Assembly (NCBI GenBank): GCA_963663385.2
Contig: CAXXXD010000003.1
Coordinates: 256,001 to 320,000, forward strand
Direction: 5' to 3'
DNA from: Oceanispirochaeta sp.
GTDB lineage: Bacteria; Spirochaetota; Spirochaetia; DSM-2461
Length of the DNA stretch: 64,000 nucleotides
This document shows positions 58,417 to 64,000 of the stretch, in pieces. The notes under the pieces were generated by a model. It was not told the origin of the DNA, did not search any database, and was given only the letters and a program-made list of their open reading frames with translations. The position numbers and the translations under genes are program-made. Each line of letters starts with the position of its first letter. Position 1 is the stretch's first letter.

Positions 58417-59457
58417 TCAGTCAGCGAGTACGTCTTTCCAGAGGTCGTCAACCACATTCTTTTTGAACATTTCAGCCTGTTCGGGTTCAATGTTTCCAAT
58501 GTAGGCATAGAAGTCGGCAATGGCGGATTCGGGTTTACCGTATTCCATGGATTTCTGTACTTCAGGGGTAATCAGAATTCTCAGTTTGGCTTCCTGCAGG
58601 GCCGCTGTCAGATCACCTTCCCGGCCGTTTTCTTCATACCACTTAACAAGCATTTTGGCTTTCAGGTTATGATCGGCTTCCAGTTCTTCCGCGGCACGGT
58701 AGACAAGACTCATATAGGTTTTGATAGCTTCCTGTTTGCTTTCGTAAGCTTCTCTGGAAACAATCAGGTCTCCCGTGGACATGACAAAGTCAGACAGGGT
58801 AGCGATGGGGACCCATCCGTATTTGTCTTCAACAGTCAGTGACCAGGGAGTGGGGAAAGCAGCTATATCGCCTTCGCCAGTTGCAAAAACCTGCTCTCCC
58901 GTCTGATAGTCCATGGGGACTGTGTTCACATCATCTACAGCTACACCAATTCGTTCCAGGTACTCAATAACCAGCTGATGCAGGGAGGTTCCCGGGGCAT
59001 ATATGATGGTTTTGTCTTTAACTGTTTCAGGGCTGCCGAAAACACCGGGATAGGTTGGATTAAAACCTTTATCTTTCAGTATATCGCTGTCGGCCCTTAC
59101 AAAAAGAGTGTCACCGCGGGTTTCTTCATAGTTTCCCACAAGTTTTGCATCCGTATTGATTACTCCGAATACATAAGCGGCTCCCTGGAACCCGATATCC
59201 CACAGGCCGGCAGCCAGAGCTTCGTTGGCTGTTGAACCGTTGGAATAAACCTGAAGGTCAATATCAAGCCCTGCTTCTTCCGCCCATCCTTTGTCTCTGA
59301 TATACATGGCTACCACACCGTTGAAATAGGGCTGGACCATAACGCCTAACCTGGCTTTTGCTTCAGTACTCGCGGATTCTCCGTCTTCCTGTGTGCCATT
59401 GGCGAAAAGGGGAACAAATATGGCAAATGCCAACAGAACTGCTAATAGTTTTTTCAT
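58417..59457 (-). CDS. SsuA/TauA-like ABC substrate-binding protein
   Basis: Signal peptide, KGWAEEAGLDI, EALAAG..D, GTS.H, P.PW. Confidence 0.85.
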   Translation of the reverse strand: MKKLLAVLLAFAIFVPLFANGTQEDGESASTEAKARLGVMVQPYFNGVVAMYIRDKGWAEEAGLDIDLQVYSNGSTANEALAAGLWDIGFQGAAYVFGVINTDAKLVGNYEETRGDTLFVRADSDILKDKGFNPTYPGVFGSPETVKDKTIIYAPGTSLHQLVIEYLERIGVAVDDVNTVPMDYQTGEQVFATGEGDIAAFPTPWSLTVEDKYGWVPIATLSDFVMSTGDLIVSREAYESKQEAIKTYMSLVYRAAEELEADHNLKAKMLVKWYEENGREGDLTAALQEAKLRILITPEVQKSMEYGKPESAIADFYAYIGNIEPEQAEMFKKNVVDDLWKDVLAD

Positions 59458-59706
59458 AGTAACTCCTTAATCGTTTTGTAATATTATCTGTTCAGCTTTT
59501 CCCTAAAAGATAGTAAGAATGAAGCCCTCTTTTTTCCCTATTCAGTATGCCGTAAAATTCCGGTTCGGGATGTTTGTATAATTCCGGTGACGGATTATAA
59601 CGATTCCGTAAGTTATCCTTCAACGGGCAGCAATTTTCAGTCAATTTCAGCATCCTTCCTTGCTCTTTCGGGTATCGGTGTTAGAATGGAATCACGATAA
59701 GGCGCT

Positions 59707-61485
59707 GTGGTGAAAAGAAAAAACAAACTGAAACTTCATACCATTCTATCCATTTTCATCTCTTTAATCCTGCTATGCATTATCCCCGGATTGGGTCAGC
59801 TGTCTCTGTCTCTGTTTAAAAACAGAACAATTGAAAGCTTTGCCGACAGCCGACAGGATACGTTATTGCAGATAAGCGAAAGCGTTACGGATTACTGCCG
59901 GAAAATCGAACTCCTTTCCTCTTCCTATTCCAGTATAGATTATATACGGGATCAGGCCGCCCTTCCTGAAGATCGTATAGACATCAGTGAGTTCCGGGGG
60001 CGCATCGACAGCTTGAAAACCGATATTGACAGGTCTTTCTTCTTTCCGGAAATTGAATACGAACTGCAGATCCTGTGCATGAACGGATTATCCTACTCAT
60101 CCAATATGGATCATATGTCCACCCTTATGGGCCTGCCTCGTACAATCTGGTTTTATCGTGCCATGAAAAATAATGAGGATACCCTCTGGCAGTCAAATAT
60201 CCTGTTTAAGGCAGATGACAAAAAGACAAATGTCATTTCTCTTGTCAAGTTAATCAGGGATTCTGAAGGGAGCACCAATGGAGCTATTTTAATTAATCTG
60301 GATGAACGGCAGCTTCACCGGATTTACTCCCAGATAATCGGATTCCAGAGTACCATATATCTGGTTGATAAAAACGGACAGATCGTCTCGCATCCGACTC
60401 TTTCAATGGTTGGCCGTTTTTTCTATGATATGGAAATATTTAATGCATTCTTCCAGGAGAAGGACTGGGCTCAAATCACTAAATCAGAAAAGGAGTACCT
60501 TTTTTCCCGGTTCTCATCCGGGGACAACCCCTGGATCGTTGTAGAAGAGATCCCTCTGGCTGTTCTGACCAATCCGCTTGTTGATATTACAAAGACAATT
60601 AACTTTATGACGGTTATTCTGCTTCTCCTCACCCTTATTATTGCTGTGTTTTTTTCCAGAATGGTGTCCCGTCCTTTTGAAAGGCTGGCGGATACGATGG
60701 AATCGGCCGGCAAGGGGGACATTTCGGTTAGTTTCAGTCAATCCGGATGTCAGGAATCATGCCTGATGGCTGAGAGCAGCCAGAATTTTGTTATCCGGAT
60801 TCAATCCCTTATTGATGAGGTCAAGAAGATTCAGCAGGAAAAGCAGAACAGTGAGCTTGAATTCCTGCAGATGCAGATAAACCCCCACTTCATCTATAAT
60901 ACCCTGTTTTCCATCCGCTGTATGGTAGATATGGGAGGTAATGAGAAAGCCAGTGAAATGACAACGCGTTTTTCCAGTATGCTTCAGAAAGTTCTGCGTA
61001 TTAAATCACCCATGATAACAATCATGGATAATATTGATTATCTGGAAGACTACAGTTTTATTTTATCCCAGAGGTTTGGTTCCCTCTCTCTGGATTACGA
61101 GGTTGAAAAGGGGATAGAAAAGGAAAGAATATTGAAGTTTATTCTGCAACCCCTGGTTGAAAACAGTGTATTTCATGGTTTTTCTGACGGGTTCAGGGAA
61201 GATTCATTTATAAGGATCTCTTTTCACAGGTGCGGATCGGATTTTCTGGAGATTACTGTAAGTGATAACGGCTGCGGGATGTCGGAGGATCTGATTGGAA
61301 GTATCCTGAATTCCAGGGAAGTTAAAAGAGAGAACCATATCGGTCTGCTGAATGTCCATAAAAAACTTCAGCTCTATTATGAAGGCCGTGCTTCATTGAA
61401 GATAGAATCCCAAAAAGGGGAAGGTACAGATATACATATCATTGTTCCCAGAACTCTGGAGGAATATGAAAATACTGATTGTTGA
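59707..61485 (+). CDS. Sensor histidine kinase (YesM-like; Cache/HAMP)
   Basis: 2 TM segments, LQMQINPHFIYNTL, QPLVENSVFHG, DNGCG, HIGLLNV. Confidence 0.9.
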   Translation: MVKRKNKLKLHTILSIFISLILLCIIPGLGQLSLSLFKNRTIESFADSRQDTLLQISESVTDYCRKIELLSSSYSSIDYIRDQAALPEDRIDISEFRGRIDSLKTDIDRSFFFPEIEYELQILCMNGLSYSSNMDHMSTLMGLPRTIWFYRAMKNNEDTLWQSNILFKADDKKTNVISLVKLIRDSEGSTNGAILINLDERQLHRIYSQIIGFQSTIYLVDKNGQIVSHPTLSMVGRFFYDMEIFNAFFQEKDWAQITKSEKEYLFSRFSSGDNPWIVVEEIPLAVLTNPLVDITKTINFMTVILLLLTLIIAVFFSRMVSRPFERLADTMESAGKGDISVSFSQSGCQESCLMAESSQNFVIRIQSLIDEVKKIQQEKQNSELEFLQMQINPHFIYNTLFSIRCMVDMGGNEKASEMTTRFSSMLQKVLRIKSPMITIMDNIDYLEDYSFILSQRFGSLSLDYEVEKGIEKERILKFILQPLVENSVFHGFSDGFREDSFIRISFHRCGSDFLEITVSDNGCGMSEDLIGSILNSREVKRENHIGLLNVHKKLQLYYEGRASLKIESQKGEGTDIHIIVPRTLEEYENTDC

Positions 61486-62959
61486 TGATGAAATGATGAT
61501 CAGGGAGTGGTTGAAATATACGATAGAAACACTTGAGTTTGAAATCACCCGAATAGAAACGGCATCCAATGGTATGGAAGCTCTGGAAAAGGTTAAAAGT
61601 TGCCGGTATGATCTGATCTTTATTGATATCACCATGCCTAAAATGGATGGGATTGAACTTTTGAAAAGAATATACGAACAGGCTGTCGATTCAATGCTGA
61701 TTGTTTTAAGCAGTCACGATGAATTCCGGTTTGCCAGAGAAGCTATAAAATACAACATAAAAGAGTACGTACTGAAAAATGAGTGTTCAAAAGAAAAACT
61801 AACTGAGATCCTGGCTTCCTGCCGGGAGAAGATAGGTAATCGGCAACCGGGCGAAAGTCTGACACAGGAGTTTATGGAGCGTGTTCTGAATAATCATGCG
61901 CCGGCAAAGGGTTTAAGCCTGATTCAGGCGATGTTTCCGGCAATTCAGGGAAAGCTGTTCTTTACCGTGGCTATTCAGATAGACCCGAAGGACCTGCAGA
62001 GGAAATATGGTGCAGGTAGTTTTTCTTTAGACCTGGAAGGCCTTATCGGCAATAACGGAAAGCTTTCATTCTATCTGTTCAGTATCGAAAGTCGTGATAA
62101 GTCAGGTAATTACAACTACGATTATGCCCGGCTTTTATCCGAAAGTCTGGATAAAAAGGTTTCCTGCGGCAGGCTGTGCAGGACCGCGGATGATATCCTT
62201 CCTGAATGCCGGAACAGCTGGGTTGGGTATCAAAGCCTTTTCTACAGTGGCAAACAATACTGTTCAGGACATAATGAGTTCCGGGATTTTAATACAACGG
62301 CTGTTGATAACCTTTGTGAAACAGTTATTTCTGATATAAGATCCTATCTAAAAGAGAAAACCCTGAGGAATTTTCAGGACTTAAACCGGTTCTTTTCCGG
62401 TTCCTGTCCCTCAGATGTAGAGTCGGTTATTAATATTTATCAGGCTTTGTTAAATACATTCTTTATATACAATAATACCCAATCCCGTACTATTACAAAA
62501 GAATTGAATACAATCAGAGCGACAATCAGCGGCTTTGAAGATTTCGGAAGTTTATCCGGATGGGTTATCCGAACAATAGAAAACAGTACGGATCTGGTAG
62601 ACCGGGTAAAATACTCTCCTGCAGTAGAGAATGCTATTGAATTTATTGAATTGAATTTTCAGACAATTTCCAGTGTGAATGAAATAGCCGATCATGTGAA
62701 TTTGAGTCTGGACTACTTCTCCCGCCTTTTTAAAAAAGAGGTGGGGGATACATTGAATTCCTATCTGATCAATTTCCGGCTGAATAAGGCATCAATGATC
62801 CTGATTTCCAGTAACCTGTCCATACAGGAGGTGGCAGAACGTGTCGGCATTGAAAACGGAAGTTATTTTTCCAAGTGTTTTAAAAAGAAATTTCATACAC
62901 AGCCTATACAGTTCAGGATTCAGACAAAGCAGACTGGAGGGGATATCGAATCTCAATAA
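61466..62959 (+). CDS. Response regulator with AraC output (YesN-like)
   Basis: VDDE, DITMP, LK; YFSRLFKKE, YFSKCFKK. Confidence 0.92.
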   Translation: MKILIVDDEMMIREWLKYTIETLEFEITRIETASNGMEALEKVKSCRYDLIFIDITMPKMDGIELLKRIYEQAVDSMLIVLSSHDEFRFAREAIKYNIKEYVLKNECSKEKLTEILASCREKIGNRQPGESLTQEFMERVLNNHAPAKGLSLIQAMFPAIQGKLFFTVAIQIDPKDLQRKYGAGSFSLDLEGLIGNNGKLSFYLFSIESRDKSGNYNYDYARLLSESLDKKVSCGRLCRTADDILPECRNSWVGYQSLFYSGKQYCSGHNEFRDFNTTAVDNLCETVISDIRSYLKEKTLRNFQDLNRFFSGSCPSDVESVINIYQALLNTFFIYNNTQSRTITKELNTIRATISGFEDFGSLSGWVIRTIENSTDLVDRVKYSPAVENAIEFIELNFQTISSVNEIADHVNLSLDYFSRLFKKEVGDTLNSYLINFRLNKASMILISSNLSIQEVAERVGIENGSYFSKCFKKKFHTQPIQFRIQTKQTGGDIESQ

Positions 62960-63060
62960 CATCCTAAAATTAAAGGCTTGGTTGTAGAAGGGCAGTTTTT
63001 TTGTATTTTCCTGTTCTGGTAAAGGGGCGGATATTGTTCTATGTAAAATAGGCCTTCTTG

Positions 63061-63375
63061 CCAGGGAGGAAAGAAAAGGTAATATATCCTTTTAATGCTC
63101 TGGAGGCTGATATTGTGATTCAGGCCAGAAAAGGAGGCGAAGGATATAAGGCTCTATAGCTGTTGTTCTATCATTCAGGGATAAAGAGCCTTCCCTTTGA
63201 TTCAGCCATGTATACTCTGGTTTTTGAAGCATGGTTGAAATACGGTAAGGGAGGTCATCCAGCTGCTTTGAATATGGGTGGCTGCTGTGCTTATGCTCAA
63301 GCTGCGTATCTGAAAGAGCCTTTGCTGTTTAAGGGGGATGATTTTACGCAGACTGATATTATTGTCTGCAAGTAA
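63061..63375 (+). pseudogene. VapC (PIN) toxin pseudogene
   Basis: YGKGGHPAALNMGGCCAYA..EPLLFKGDDF.QTDI VapC C-terminus; in-frame TAG at 63157-63159; no intact start; catalytic Asp of NxGDC reads G. Confidence 0.7.
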
Positions 63376-63608
63376 ATGCTCCCGGAAATTATCTGTCAGT
63401 CGAATCCCTGAATATTCAGATTTAGATCTATAAACGGCTTTTCTGATTTTAATAACTTTCCGGGATTGATTCGGATCCTCCTGCAGGAAGGCCATCATCT
63501 TAATAGATTTAACGCGATAATCTGCTGAGGCTGTACAAACAGGATAAAATACGGGTCTTAAAGTCATCTTCCGCAAACCCGTCTGTACAATCCAAAACGT
63601 AAGTCTTC

Positions 63609-64000
63609 TCAGTTCATCCCTTTCCAGAACCGGTAGTTCCGTCTCTGTATCTCTTCGGGAGAGGGCATGGGGAAGAACAGCTCCTGATTCTGGGAGGCAA
63701 ACATAAATCCGTGCCGGATCAGGGCGTAGGATTTCTTGTTCAGATTGCAGTCCAGTCCCATACCCTTCGTTTTTTTATCCTTCCTGGCCTCCAGTTCACG
63801 GATCGCATCCCGCAGTTTTGACGGATGAAGGCTGGGGAGCGGGGGGTGCATCAGGGGATTCTTCTCAAAATCCGCCAGAAAGTCTGCAATATTCAGATCA
63901 AACTGGGTATAGAGGACCTTAGGTGCGCCCTTGGAGTTTCCCGGGGCTGTGATCCATTTGCCGTACTGGCTGAAATCGTATGAGGTCAGCACCAGCATTC
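63609..64000 (-). CDS. Hypothetical protein, C-terminal part (gene starts beyond window)
   Basis: Frame open to the window end, protein-like composition, stop at 63609. Confidence 0.6.
   Translation of the reverse strand, partial: MLVLTSYDFSQYGKWITAPGNSKGAPKVLYTQFDLNIADFLADFEKNPLMHPPLPSLHPSKLRDAIRELEARKDKKTKGMGLDCNLNKKSYALIRHGFMFASQNQELFFPMPSPEEIQRRNYRFWKGMN

Noticed and set aside
59557..59609. ATTCCG direct repeats as response-regulator binding sites
   Set aside because: Plausible location, but the motif is short and the spacing irregular (24 and 22 bp); too weak to call.
63202..63576. 124-aa minus-strand ORF
   Set aside because: Overlaps the vapC relic, has no RBS and no recognisable domain.

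Overview
Bacterial chromosomal window, most likely from a free-living anaerobic spirochaete (murC-yicC-cmk synteny with a GCGNTT P-loop; 'FAGGQQE/FANGTQE'-type binding-protein leaders). After a short core stretch (adenylate cyclase, murC, yicC, cmk) the window is almost all accessory metabolism. (1) 4.5-19.4 kb is a kinase-free sugar-acid/cyclitol catabolic regulon with a TRAP transporter, marked by four copies of a TGCATACGTAT(G/T)CA operator. (2) A DUF6364-like/PIN toxin-antitoxin pair is followed by two large surface-protein genes. (3) An archaeal-type GAPDH + PGK pair follows, both with altered substrate-phosphate residues. (4) A flavinylated lipoprotein reductase sits between a TetR and a pseudo-receiver regulator. 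(5) Intact IS1182 and IS66 elements flank an AT-rich orphan lipoprotein gene and a dif-like site. (6) An L-rhamnose uptake/catabolism cluster faces a convergent anion-type ABC + sulfatase + second rhaM operon, a candidate rhamnose-sulfate module. The best candidates for undescribed biology are the non-phosphorylative pathway, a possible ATP-yielding hydroxyaldehyde oxidation by the GAPDH/PGK paralogs, and the rhamnose-sulfate module. No rRNA, tRNA or CRISPR array was seen. All family assignments come from motif recognition by eye, without database searches.
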